Source: an uncultured Clostridium sp. (lineage in GTDB: Bacteria > Bacillota > Clostridia > TANB77 > CAG-508). Taken from it: a stretch of 64,000 nucleotides of DNA. Under the pieces are notes generated by a model. It saw only the letters and a program-made list of their open reading frames with translations, did not search any database and was not told where the DNA came from. The stretch covers positions 476 through 64,475 of the forward strand of contig CANPNZ010000008.1 in assembly GCA_947575605.1 (NCBI GenBank), given 5' to 3'. This document shows positions 31,345 through 41,917 of this stretch, piece by piece (position 1 is the stretch's first letter; each line of letters opens with the position of its first letter). Position numbers and translations under genes: made by a program.

Positions 31345-32892
31345 ATGATTATGAATATTGTAATCATAATCGCCGCTGTCTTAATCTCATTAGCAATTGG
31401 TACGCTAGTAGGAATAGCCTATCGTAAAAAAGTTGCAGAGTCTAAAATACAAGGAGCAGAAAACGAAGCCAAAAGACTAATTGATTTAGCGAAAATAGAA
31501 GCAGAGAATTTAAAAAAAGAAGAAATTTTCAAGGCTAAAGAAGAAATTATGAATAGTAGAAAAGAGTTAGATCAAGAGATTAAAGAAAGAAGAGGCGAAG
31601 TACAAAAACAAGAAACAAGATTAATGCAAAAAGAAGAAAACCTAGAAAAACGTGAAGGAAATTTTGAAAGAAAAGAACAAGACTTAGAAAAAGAAATGCA
31701 AAATATGGAAAAGCAAAAAGAAGAAATCGAAAGATTGCATGACGAAGAAATGGTACAACTTCAAAAAATTGCTTCTTTAACCAAAGAAGAAGCGAAGGCA
31801 CAGTTGTTATCAGAAATGGACAAAGAATTAACAGCTGAAAAAGCGGCCTTAATCCGTGAAAAGGAACAAAAAGCAAAGGAAAATGCGATTAAAAATGCCA
31901 AAGAAATTTTAAGTTATGCCGTACAAAAATGTGCAGCAGACCATTCACAAGAAACCACTGTATCAATTGTAGCACTTCCTAATGATGATATGAAGGGAAG
32001 AATTATTGGTAGAGAAGGTAGAAATATAAAAGCATTAGAAACCTTAACAGGAATCGACTTAATCATTGATGATACACCAGAGGCAGTCGTTTTATCAGGA
32101 TTTGACCCATTAAGAAGAGAAGTTGCCAAAATTGCTTTAGAAAAATTAATTGATGACGGAAGAATTCATCCAGCTAAAATTGAAGAAATGGTAGAAAAAG
32201 CGAAAGAAGAAGTTGAAACAACGATAAAAGAAGAAGGAGAAAGAGCCGTATTAGAAACAGGAGTGATTGGACTTCATCCAGATATTGTAAAACTAATTGG
32301 AAAATTAAAATATAGGACGAGTTATGGTCAAAACGTACTAAACCATTCTATTGAAGTATCTAATTTAGCAAGAATTATGGCAGAAGAATTAGGACTAGAT
32401 CCAAAATTAGCAAGAAGAGCTGGACTTTTGCATGATATTGGAAAAGCATTAGATCATGACATGGAAGGAACTCATGTTGAAATTGGAGTAGAAATTCTTA
32501 AAAAATTCAAAGAAAATACACTTGTTATTAATGCGGTAGAAGCTCATCATGGAGATGTAGAGCCACAAACTTTAGAAGCTGTATTAATTCAAGCAGCAGA
32601 TGCGATATCAGCATCAAGACCAGGAGCTAGAAGAGAAACGGTAGAGGCTTATATTAAAAGACTACAAAATTTGGAAGAAATAGCAGATTCCTTTCATGGT
32701 GTTGAAAAATCATTTGCTATTCAAGCAGGAAGAGAAATTAGAATTATTGTTAAACCAGATAGAATTTCAGATGATAAGATGACAATTCTAGCAAGGGATG
32801 TAGCTAAGAAAATTGAAAGTGAAATGGATTATCCAGGACAAATTAAAGTAAATATCATTAGAGAAACGAGAGTAGTTGACTATGCCAAATAA
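31345..32892 (+). CDS. rny: Ribonuclease Y
   Basis: N-terminal TM, coiled coil, KH ([10 protein letters not shown]), HD (LLHDIGK). Confidence 0.97.
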   Translation: MIMNIVIIIAAVLISLAIGTLVGIAYRKKVAESKIQGAENEAKRLIDLAKIEAENLKKEEIFKAKEEIMNSRKELDQEIKERRGEVQKQETRLMQKEENLEKREGNFERKEQDLEKEMQNMEKQKEEIERLHDEEMVQLQKIASLTKEEAKAQLLSEMDKELTAEKAALIREKEQKAKENAIKNAKEILSYAVQKCAADHSQETTVSIVALPNDDMKGRIIGREGRNIKALETLTGIDLIIDDTPEAVVLSGFDPLRREVAKIALEKLIDDGRIHPAKIEEMVEKAKEEVETTIKEEGERAVLETGVIGLHPDIVKLIGKLKYRTSYGQNVLNHSIEVSNLARIMAEELGLDPKLARRAGLLHDIGKALDHDMEGTHVEIGVEILKKFKENTLVINAVEAHHGDVEPQTLEAVLIQAADAISASRPGARRETVEAYIKRLQNLEEIADSFHGVEKSFAIQAGREIRIIVKPDRISDDKMTILARDVAKKIESEMDYPGQIKVNIIRETRVVDYAK

Positions 32893-32930
32893 CCAAAAAA
32901 GTTGCGATAATAATCGCAATTTTTTTGGTT
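32891..32930 (+). terminator. Intrinsic terminator after rny
   Basis: AACCAAAAAAGTTGCGA/TCGCAATTTTTTTGGTT. Confidence 0.7.
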
Positions 32931-33183
32931 TATTTTATGTTTACTTAATACTACAAAAACCGAAATTTAATAATGTTAAGTTGTTGACAAAACATTTCAA
33001 CATTGATAAAATAAAAATGAAGTTTGAAACTATTTTATAGCATAGTAGGACATTGAAAAAAGAATATCTTTGTTAGGAAAATTAGTATGTAAAAGATGTA
33101 TACTATAATTTAAAATAGTGAATAATAACAAAAGTTAAAAGAGAAAAAGCATAAAAGGAACTAAAGATAGAGGGAGGATATGT

Positions 33184-34380
33184 ATGAGTAAAATAACAAA
33201 TTTGAAAGAAAAAACATTTACGAACAAAGGTATTACTTTGATTGCATTAGTGATTACAATAATTGTATTACTAATTTTAGCAGCAGTGAGTATTGCAACA
33301 TTAACAGGAGACAATGGAATATTAACAAAAGCAGAAATAGCCCAAAAACAAACAGATGAAGCAACTGCTAAAGAAAAAGTACAAGTAGCAGTATTAGGAA
33401 GTTACAATAAAGAGGGAAATTTAGATTTTGAAGAGTTAAAAAATAACCTAGAAAAAGAAGAAAGTATTTCTATTATAGATGGTAATGATAAGTTTCCAAT
33501 AACTGTATTAGTGGATAGCCAATATATTTTTGAGATAGATGAAAGAGGAAATATAACATATAAATCAGAGGATAAAAAAATTATAATAACAGCAAGTGAT
33601 ATTGCGAATAGTCAAGATAAAAGTCAATATTATGGAGCGATAGTAACAGGATATAATTGTACAAATAGTGCTGGCGTAAATGCTTGGAAAATATTTTATG
33701 CAGATAATAATAATATATATCTAATAACAGATGATTATATTCATTATAATGATTGTCCAGCCTCACCAACACAAGTAATCTATAAAAACAATAATTATAA
33801 GTTATCAATGAATAATGTAATAAAAGATTATTCAAATGGTTCTTCTCACATAATGGATACAAAGATACAAAATTTAAATAAAAGTTATTTTGATTTATTA
33901 ACTACGAATAATACAACAAGTAGTAATAATAATATGAAAGCAGTAGCTTATATGTTGGATACAAGTGTATGGAGTGTATTTGCGGGAGAAAAAGCAGAAT
34001 ATGCCATAGGAGGAACGCCAGTAGAAATGTTAATGAAATCTTATAGCGAAAAATATAAGGTAGATTATAAAGCAAGAGCAAAAGATGCAATAGGATATGA
34101 ATTAAGTACAGATGGAGGAGAAAATTGGACAAATCATTATTATGAAATTTTAGATGCGAATGATAGTTTATATGTAATAAGTGATATGAGTAAGGCTAAC
34201 GGTATGTGGCTTGCTTCTCCATCCATGAACAATACGAACCATGTGTTAAGTGTGTATAGCAATGGTAGCGTAGATTATTACAATTATTACTATAATAGTT
34301 ATGGCTTCCGTCCGCTAGTCTGTCTATCATCTGAAGTTCAATTAGAGAAAAAAGAAGATGGAAGTTATCAAATAAAGTAA
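33184..34380 (+). CDS. Type IV pilin-like protein with C-terminal CLec-like (DUF6273-like) domain; probable DGR target
   Basis: KGITLIALVITIIVLLILA prepilin-like N-terminus; C-terminal WLASPS...YGFRPLVCL. Confidence 0.75.
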   Translation: MSKITNLKEKTFTNKGITLIALVITIIVLLILAAVSIATLTGDNGILTKAEIAQKQTDEATAKEKVQVAVLGSYNKEGNLDFEELKNNLEKEESISIIDGNDKFPITVLVDSQYIFEIDERGNITYKSEDKKIIITASDIANSQDKSQYYGAIVTGYNCTNSAGVNAWKIFYADNNNIYLITDDYIHYNDCPASPTQVIYKNNNYKLSMNNVIKDYSNGSSHIMDTKIQNLNKSYFDLLTTNNTTSSNNNMKAVAYMLDTSVWSVFAGEKAEYAIGGTPVEMLMKSYSEKYKVDYKARAKDAIGYELSTDGGENWTNHYYEILDANDSLYVISDMSKANGMWLASPSMNNTNHVLSVYSNGSVDYYNYYYNSYGFRPLVCLSSEVQLEKKEDGSYQIK

Positions 34381-34456
34381 CCAAAAGCAAGATTTATTCT
34401 TGCTTTATTTTTTTAATTGTAGTATGATAGGAAAAAAGAAAGAGGGAATGGGGAAT

Positions 34457-35228
34457 ATGAAAATCTTAGCAGTTGGAGACTTAATTGGTTCAAGTGGTAT
34501 AAAAGAATTAAAGAAACAATTAGATCCTATCAAACAGACAGAAGCCATTGACTTTGTCATTGTAAATGGAGAAAATGCAGCAGAAGGAATGGGAATTACA
34601 GAACAGAACTTTAATGAAATTTTGGCATTAAAAGTAGATGTTATCACAATGGGAAACCATACATGGGGAAAAAAAGACATTTTCAAATTTATTGACCATC
34701 CCCAATTAATTAGACCAGCCAATTATCCAAAAGGAGTGGTTGGAAAAGGCCATAACATTTATACCTGCCAGAACAAAAAAATAGCGGTTATCAATTTAAT
34801 TGGTAGAGTAGACATTAATATACTTTCTGAAAATCCTTTCCTTATTGTCAAAGAAATAGTAGCAAAAATACAAAATGAAGTAGATATGATTTTTGTAGAT
34901 TTTCATGCAGAAGCAACAGCCGAAAAAATAGCAATGGGACATTTTTTAGATGGAAAAGTAACTGGTATTTTTGGAACCCATACCCATGTACAAACAGCAG
35001 ATGAAAAAGTTTTGCCAAAAGGCACAGGATATATAACAGACATTGGAATGACAGGTCCAAAACATTCTGTTATTGGAATGGATATAACCGCTTCTTTAAA
35101 AAGATTTGAAACCACTTTGCCAGAAAGATATAAAATTGCCAATCGGTGAATGTATGTTAAACGGTGTTATTTTTGAGGTAGATGATACTAATAATAAAGT
35201 AAAAAGTATAAAAAGATTATACTTATAA
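34457..35228 (+). CDS. ymdB: YmdB/TIGR00282 metallophosphoesterase; +1 shift at CGG 35144-35146
   Basis: GDLIG, NGENAA.G.G, GNH, DFHAEAT, GTHTHV, D.GMTG; C-terminal GECMLNGVIFEVD...SIKRL in the +1 frame; rny-ymdB-spoVS synteny. Confidence 0.92.
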
Positions 35229-35380
35229 GTTATTCGTCGTTTGATGTCGAAAGGAAAAAAATATTGCGATGAAAATTTAAGAAAAATTATAAAAAACACT
35301 TTACAAAAATTTCCATATATTGTAAAATAACTATCGTAAAAGTTGCAACAAAAATAAAAATTATAGGAGGCAAAAGAAAA

Positions 35381-35644
35381 ATGGAAGTTTTAAAAATTTC
35401 ATCCAAATCAAACCCTAATTCAGTAGCAGGAGCTATTGCTGGGTTAGTAAAAGAATCCAATAAAGCAGAAATGCAAGCAATTGGAGCAGGAGCATTAAAT
35501 CAGGCAGTAAAAGCAGTGGCAATCGCACGAGGATTTGTTGCACCAGCAGGCGTAGACTTAGTTTGTATACCAGCATTTGCAGAAGTAGAAGTGGAAGGAG
35601 AAGACAGAACTGGTATTAAATTAATTGTAGAGTCAAGAGCTTAA
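35381..35644 (+). CDS. spoVS: Stage V sporulation protein S
   Basis: SNPNSVAGAIA, QAIGAGALNQAVKAVAIARGF. Confidence 0.97.
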   Translation: MEVLKISSKSNPNSVAGAIAGLVKESNKAEMQAIGAGALNQAVKAVAIARGFVAPAGVDLVCIPAFAEVEVEGEDRTGIKLIVESRA

Positions 35645-35706
35645 AATGAATGATAAATAACGGGAGCAAGTAGGAAATTATCCTTTTGCTCCTTTTTGCA
35701 TGTTGA

Positions 35707-35790
35707 CAGTTACACTTCACAGTAAAAAAATAATAACAAAATATAATAAATTTTGTATAAAAAAGTAAATCTAGCTGTGAATTGTAACTG
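35707..35790. mobile_element. MITE-like repeat copy with TIRs
   Basis: CAGTTACACTTCACAG...CTGTGAATTGTAACTG with shared core ATAATAAATTTTGTA..AAAAGTAAATCTAG. Confidence 0.7.
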
Positions 35791-35877
35791 TTGCCAATTA
35801 TAAATTGTAAAAATTGTAAAAATCACTTGAAAAATCCTTCTATTTAAGGTATGATAGCAAAAGAATAGAGGTGGAAT

Positions 35878-37462
35878 ATGAAATCAAATTGGATCAAATA
35901 TATTTTTATTATTTTTATTGTAATTATCTTACTATTTGCTATTTTTAAAATTAGGAAAGACGAAGAAGAAAGACAACAGGAGTTAGAACATACAAGTAGT
36001 TCACAAGAAAAAATTACAGAATTAACATTAGGAATAGCTCGGATTAGACACGATTAATCCCATTCTTAGTAATAATAAAAATGTACAAGACATTTCAAAA
36101 TTGATTTATGAACCATTAGTTACCTTAACAGCAGATTATCAAGCAAAACCTTGCTTAGCAACGGAATGGGCGAAACAAAGCGATAATTCCTATTTAATCA
36201 AATTAAGAGAAAATGCCAAATGGACAGAAGGGCAAAGATTTACAGCGGAAGATGTTAGATTTACGATAGACCGTCTAAAAGAGATATCTTCTATTTATTC
36301 TTACAATGTACAATATGTAATTGGAGTGGATATTGTAGATGATTATACGATAAAAATTAATTTAGATAGAGAAATCCCATTTTATGAGTATCAATTAACA
36401 TTTCCGATTTTATCAAAAGATTATTATGAAAATGAAGACTTTGTAAATACAGAAAAGAACAGTAAGCCGACAAGTACAGGAAAATACAAAATTTCAGAAG
36501 TAGAGCCATCTTATTATATTTTAGAAAAAAATGAGGGGTGGTGGAACAAACAAGATAATTTAACGATTGAAAAAATCACAGTCAATTTATATTCAGCCAT
36601 TGGAGAATTATATAATAGTTTTAAAATAGGAAATATTGACTTGATTTCAACAACAAATGACAATTTACAAGAATACATAGGAAGTATAGGGTATAGTACA
36701 AAAGAATTAAAAGGAAGAGAACATACTTTTTTAGCACTTAATACGCAAAATAATTTTTTAGCGAGACAAGAAGTAAGAAAAGCGATTGCCTATTGCCTTG
36801 ACAAAGAAAATATCGTTTCTAGTGTATTTAATAGTAAATGTTTTACCAGTAGTTTCCCTTTAGATTATGGAAATTGGTTAGGACAAGGACAAGAAGCAAG
36901 TAGTGGCTATAATATAGAACAAGGAAAACAAATTTTAACAGATAATGGATGGACTTATCGTTCTGGCAGTTGGCAAAAAACAGAAAACTATAAAACACAA
37001 AGGCTAGCCTTAAATTTATTAGTAAAAGCCAATGATTCTTCTAAAATAGCGGTTGCTGAGAATATCAAGCAACAATTAGAAAGTCAAGGAATTGGAATCA
37101 ATATTGTGCAAGCATCGGATGCCCAATATAATAATAGTATGAATAGCAAAAACTATGATATGGTATTAGCTAGTATGACGCTTTCTCCAAGTCCAAATCT
37201 TACGACTTATTTAGGAGAAGGAAATATAGCTAATTATAATAATGAAGAAGTAAGTAATATAATGAACGAAGTTAAAAATACAACTGATGATAATATTTTA
37301 AAAGAAAAATATACAAGGCTTGCTGAAATTTACAAGACAGACGTTCCTTACATTAGCTTATATAATAATAAATATTTAGTTGCCTATAATTCAGGATTAG
37401 TAGGAGAAATTAATCCTAATTGGTTCTATTTATATTATGGAATAGAAGGCTGGTACAAATAA
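35878..37462 (+). CDS. Peptide/nickel ABC substrate-binding protein (SBP family 5); +1 shift at CGG 36040-36042
   Basis: GAGGTGG RBS, N-terminal TM anchor, LTLGIA joined to GLDTINPI...LIYEPLV; FTAEDV.FT. Confidence 0.88.
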
Positions 37463-37523
37463 AATAAAAAAATATAAAAAAAGTATTGACAAAACATATT
37501 TTTGGTATATAATAAGAAATATC

Positions 37524-37535
37524 AAACAAAAGTTC
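37524..37535 (+). promoter_or_regulatory. Candidate LexA (Cheo/SOS) box in recA promoter
   Basis: AAAC-AAAA-GTTC just downstream of TTGACA-N17-TATAAT; resembles Firmicute GAAC-N4-GTTC. Confidence 0.5.
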
Positions 37536-37555
37536 AAAATTAAGGAGGAAAAATA

Positions 37556-38612
37556 ATGGGAGAAAATACAGAAAAAAAGAAAGCGTTAGAAATGGCAATG
37601 AGTCAAATAGAAAAACAATTTGGTAAAGGATCTGTTATGAAGCTTCGGAGAGTTTAAAGCAATGGAAATAGAAGCCATACCAACAGGAGCCTTAAGTCTT
37701 GATATTGCATTAGGAATAGGAGGGGTTCCAAGAGGTAGAATTATAGAAGTTTATGGTCCAGAATCTTCTGGTAAAACGACATTAGCGTTACACGTTGTAG
37801 CAGAAGCACAAAAAATGGGGGGAGAAGCAGCATTCATTGATGCAGAACATGCTTTAGATCCTGTTTATGCTAAAAAATTAGGTGTTGATATTGATAATTT
37901 AATTGTATCTCAACCAGATACAGGAGAACAAGCCTTAGAAATTACAGAAAGTTTAGTAAGAAGTGGAGCTTTAGACGTTATTGTTGTGGACTCTGTTGCT
38001 GCCTTAGTTCCAAAAGCTGAAATAGATGGTGATATGGGAGATTCTCATATGGGACTACAAGCAAGACTAATGTCACAAGCATTAAGAAAGTTAGCAGGGG
38101 CATTAAACAAGACAAAAACAGTTTTAATTTTTATCAATCAATTAAGAGAAAAAATAGGAGTTATGTTTGGAAATCCAGAAACCACAACAGGAGGAAGAGC
38201 TTTGAAATTTTATGCTTCTGTTAGAATGGATATTAGAAAAATAGAAAACATCAAACAAGATGGCGAATTTAAAGGTAGTCGTGTACGTGTTAAAGTGGTA
38301 AAAAATAAAGTAGCACCGCCATTTAGAGAAGCTGAATTTGATGTCGTTTATGGAGAAGGAATTTCAAAAGCTGGTAATATTTTAGATATGGCTGTTAATT
38401 TAGATATTATCGAAAAAGCTGGTTCTTGGTTTAGCTATAACGGAGAAAGAATCGGACAAGGTAGAGAAAATGTTAAGAAATATTTAAAAGAGAATCCAGA
38501 TATTTTGGAAGAAGTAGAAGAAAAAGTACGAGAAGACTTTGCCAAAGCCTTTGAAAAAAGTCTTGGTGAAGAATTACCAAGTAGTGAAGAAGATGATGAT
38601 ATAGAAGAATAA
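37556..38612 (+). CDS. recA: Recombinase A; +1 shift at CGG 37646-37648
   Basis: AAGGAGG RBS; [22 protein letters not shown] joined to [14 protein letters not shown]; GPESSGKTT. Confidence 0.97.
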
Positions 38613-38631
38613 GAAATTGTTTAGTGATGGG

Positions 38632-38682
38632 GACTAAATAAGTAATATGCTATCAATGCATATTGTTTATTTAGTCTTTTTT
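38632..38682 (+). terminator. Stem-loop after recA
   Basis: GACTAAATAAGTAATATGC/GCATATTGTTTATTTAGTC followed by a T-run. Confidence 0.7.
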
Positions 38683-38859
38683 TAATTATGAAGAGGATGG
38701 TATTAATATCAGATTTCCAGATTTAGAGGAGGCAATTTCTTGTGCCACTACCACAGATGAAGCGATTAAAAACGCAAAGGAAGTTTTAGAATTGGTTTTA
38801 TATAATCGTGAAGAAGAGAATATTTAAAAATAAAAAGAGTTCTATGAGTTTAAATAAGC

Positions 38860-39121
38860 TTCAAGTTTCGGTTTTTTTGTAAGATTAGCTCCCACATCTG
38901 GGCGTAAAATATGGTTATTTTGAATAAATGATGAATGTGACTGGAATAAGATTAGGAATTCTTAATCATTTTACGGTAAGAGTTCAAGCTTGTCTTGGAA
39001 AGGACCCGTAAAATGATATTAGAATTCCTTGAATTATGAAGGAAACCGAAGAATTTATGAAAAATAACCATATTTTACGCCCAGATGTGGGAGCTAATCT
39101 TACGAAAAAAACTGAAACTAA
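38860..39121. repeat. ~260-bp imperfect palindrome with internal loops
   Basis: GTAAGATTAGCTCCCACATCTGGGCGTAAAATATGGTTATTTT and its exact reverse complement as arms; TTCAAGTTTCG terminus. Confidence 0.9.
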
Positions 39122-39186
39122 AAAAATAAGTATCTTGCTATTTTTAAGTATTTGTAGTAGAATGAGAAAAAAGAAAGGAAACAACC

Positions 39187-39633
39187 ATGTATACAGCCGA
39201 AGAATTTGATAAAGAAAAGACCAAAGTCTTAAAATATATACTATATAAAAAAAGAACGGAACAAGAAATACGAAAGAAATTCTCAAGCACAATAGATGAA
39301 AATATGTTGGAAGATATCATTGAATATTTAAAAGAAGCAAAATATATTGATGATAATGAATATATAAATAAAACCGTAAATAACTTTATGCTATTAAAAA
39401 ATTTATCCATAAAAGAAATACAATATAAATTAATGGCGAAAGGATTAAATAAGACAGATATAGAAGATTATATCTATGAAAACAAAGAAGAATTACAAGA
39501 ATATGAAATAAAATCAGCAAGAAATATTTTATATAAAAAAACAACAACAATGGAACAATCAGAAATAAAACAATATTTATTAAAAAAAGGTTATCAATCA
39601 GAAAATATTAATAGTGCAATGGAGGAAAAATGA
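39187..39633 (+). CDS. recX: Regulatory protein RecX
   Basis: KRTEQEIRKK, L.E..YIDD..Y, YLLKKGY; downstream of recA. Confidence 0.8.
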   Translation: MYTAEEFDKEKTKVLKYILYKKRTEQEIRKKFSSTIDENMLEDIIEYLKEAKYIDDNEYINKTVNNFMLLKNLSIKEIQYKLMAKGLNKTDIEDYIYENKEELQEYEIKSARNILYKKTTTMEQSEIKQYLLKKGYQSENINSAMEEK

Positions 39634-39662
39634 TATAAAATAACTACAAAGGAGCAAGAAAA

Positions 39663-40415
39663 ATGGCAATATTAACATTAGAAACTAAAAAATATGCAAT
39701 CAAAATAGACAATTTTGAAGGACCATTAGATTTACTATGTCATTTAATAGATAAAAACAAAATGAATATTTATGACATTCGTTTAAGTGAAATTACAGAT
39801 CAATATGTTGAGTATTTAAAAGAACAAGAAAAGTTAAATTTAGAAATTGCAAGTGAATTTTTAGTGATGGCTTCTACTTTGTTATATCTAAAATCTAAAA
39901 ATCTATTACCAAAACAAGAAGAGGAAGAAGAAGAAATAACAGAGGAAGAGCTAATTCGTAGAATTATTGAATACAAGAAATTCAAAGAAATTAGCAAGGT
40001 CTTAAAAAAGAATTACGCAGATTTTTCAAGAAGATATTTTAAAGCACAAGAAGAAATCACTTTACCAAAACAAAAATTAGAAAAAGAGTATGACAAGAAT
40101 TTAATGCCTGAGATTTATAAAAAACTAATAGAAAGAAATAGTGTAAAATTAAATCAAAATGCAAAAAATATAGAGAAAATAGCCATTACCGATAATTATA
40201 CAGTAGCTAGCAAAGTAAAAGAAATGTTCAAAGTTTTGGTAAAACAAAAACGATTTATTTTTAATAAATTATTCTCTATTAAACAACACAATAGACAAGA
40301 AGTTGTCACAGCTTTTTCTGGACTATTGGAACTATCTAGAAGAAGCAAGGTAGAAACATGGCAAGAAGAGTTATTTGGCGATATTACCGTAGAAAAATCC
40401 AAGAAAATAAGTTAA
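39663..40415 (+). CDS. scpA: Segregation and condensation protein A
   Basis: FEGPLDLL.HLI, ITDQY, SEFLVMASTLL..KS..LLP, F..LLEL. Confidence 0.95.
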   Translation: MAILTLETKKYAIKIDNFEGPLDLLCHLIDKNKMNIYDIRLSEITDQYVEYLKEQEKLNLEIASEFLVMASTLLYLKSKNLLPKQEEEEEEITEEELIRRIIEYKKFKEISKVLKKNYADFSRRYFKAQEEITLPKQKLEKEYDKNLMPEIYKKLIERNSVKLNQNAKNIEKIAITDNYTVASKVKEMFKVLVKQKRFIFNKLFSIKQHNRQEVVTAFSGLLELSRRSKVETWQEELFGDITVEKSKKIS

Positions 40416-40418
40416 GGT

Positions 40419-41105
40419 ATGTTTAAAAAAGAAAAAAATGGAAAAACTAATAGAAAGCTTCAAAAGGAGGCGGAACGATTGGTTTTTCTTTTTTTATTAT
40501 TAGCTATTATCTTGTTAGGTATCATTTTATTCTTTTCAAAAATAAGAATAGAAATTACTAATTTTAGATTTAGTTCACAAACGCAAAGACACATTAATAA
40601 AGATTATGAAATAAATATAAAATTGTATTCTTTAGGACTTATTCCTATCTTAAAAATTAATCTAAACAAAACCAAATTGGAAAAAATGAAAGTAAAAGAA
40701 AAAATTAAAAATATTGATTTTACTATTTTAGAAAAAAGACCATCTCTTGATAAAGAAATATGGGAAGCTATTAAAAGGTTAAAGATGCAAATTAGGAATA
40801 TTAATTTGCATATTGATATGGGGACTGAAAATGCCAGTTTGACTTCAATTATTGTTCCAGCGATTAGTACAGCAATTGCTATTGTATTGCGTAAAACCGT
40901 TAAAAAATTTGAAAATCAAATTTTTATCATTCATCCAATTTATCAAAATCAAAATTTGGTAAATCTGTCTATTTCGGGTATATTTGAAGTCAAAATGAGA
41001 CATATTATAAATATCATTTATATTTTTATGAAAAAAGAGAAAAAAGGAGTGAAGGAATATGAGCGAACATCCAATAGAGGGGCTTATGATTACAGCTATG
41101 AATAG
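40419..41105 (+). CDS. DUF2953/YtfI-like protein (start may be slightly downstream)
   Basis: N-terminal TM, G.ENA..T motif, position upstream of ytfJ. Confidence 0.6.
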   Translation: MFKKEKNGKTNRKLQKEAERLVFLFLLLAIILLGIILFFSKIRIEITNFRFSSQTQRHINKDYEINIKLYSLGLIPILKINLNKTKLEKMKVKEKIKNIDFTILEKRPSLDKEIWEAIKRLKMQIRNINLHIDMGTENASLTSIIVPAISTAIAIVLRKTVKKFENQIFIIHPIYQNQNLVNLSISGIFEVKMRHIINIIYIFMKKEKKGVKEYERTSNRGAYDYSYE

Positions 41106-41667
41106 TATTCAAGATATGATAGATGTTAATACTATCATTGGAGAACCAATTGAAACTTCTAATAATATTGTTATTATTCCTATATCAAAAGTATCATTTG
41201 GGTTTGCGGCAGGAGGTAGCGAGTTTAAAGGAGAGACAATTGATGAATATACCAAAAGGGATAAAGAAGAAGCCATTCAATATCGATTACCATTTGGTGG
41301 TGGAAGTGGAGCAGGCGTAACCATTAATCCAATTGCCTTTTTAGTAATTCAATCCAATAATGTAAAATTAATGCCAGTGAATCATTCATCATCTTTGGAT
41401 AAGTTACTAGATTATGTGCCAGATTTAATTGAAAAGACAAATACCATTATGAATCGTTGTATGCAAAATAGAAAGGAAGAAACACAAAAAATCTTAAAAG
41501 AAATGCAAAATAAACATAATAAGAGTATGAAAAAAGAAGAAGAGGATAAGAAAGCTATTGAAGATAAAATTGAAAAAGAGGTAGAAAAGGTTAAAAAAAG
41601 TAAAAAAGTACCAAAGGAAGAAATTACGTATGAATTTGAATATGATGAAACAATGGAAGATGAATAA
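41059..41667 (+). CDS. ytfJ: Sporulation protein YtfJ/GerW
   Basis: HPIEGLM.TAM.SI..MIDVNTIIGEPI, FGFAAGGSEF, FGGGSGAGV. Confidence 0.92.
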   Translation: MSEHPIEGLMITAMNSIQDMIDVNTIIGEPIETSNNIVIIPISKVSFGFAAGGSEFKGETIDEYTKRDKEEAIQYRLPFGGGSGAGVTINPIAFLVIQSNNVKLMPVNHSSSLDKLLDYVPDLIEKTNTIMNRCMQNRKEETQKILKEMQNKHNKSMKKEEEDKKAIEDKIEKEVEKVKKSKKVPKEEITYEFEYDETMEDE

Positions 41668-41699
41668 TTTTAAAAAGAGCATCAATAAGATGTTCTTTT

Positions 41700-41794
41700 G
41701 TTATAATTTACAGTTAAAATAAAAACTAACAATGTTATTTTATAAAAATATAATAAATTTTGTATAGAAAAGTAAATCTAGCGTGAATTGTAAC
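41700..41794. mobile_element. MITE-like repeat copy with TIRs
   Basis: GTTATAATTTACAG...GTGAATTGTAAC with the same core as 35707 and 46270. Confidence 0.7.
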
Positions 41795-41917
41795 ATTTTT
41801 TTATGTTTTTAGAAATAAGAAATAAATGGTTCACAAAAAAGAATATAAATGATATAATGAAGCAAATTTATAAAACTGGAAAATAAAAACTTAATCATGG
41901 GAAATGTGAGGAGAAGA

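Noticed and set aside
38984-39410. Short antisense ORFs in the ORF track, here and throughout the window
   Set aside because: They overlap well-supported genes or palindromes on the opposite strand and have no recognisable motifs.
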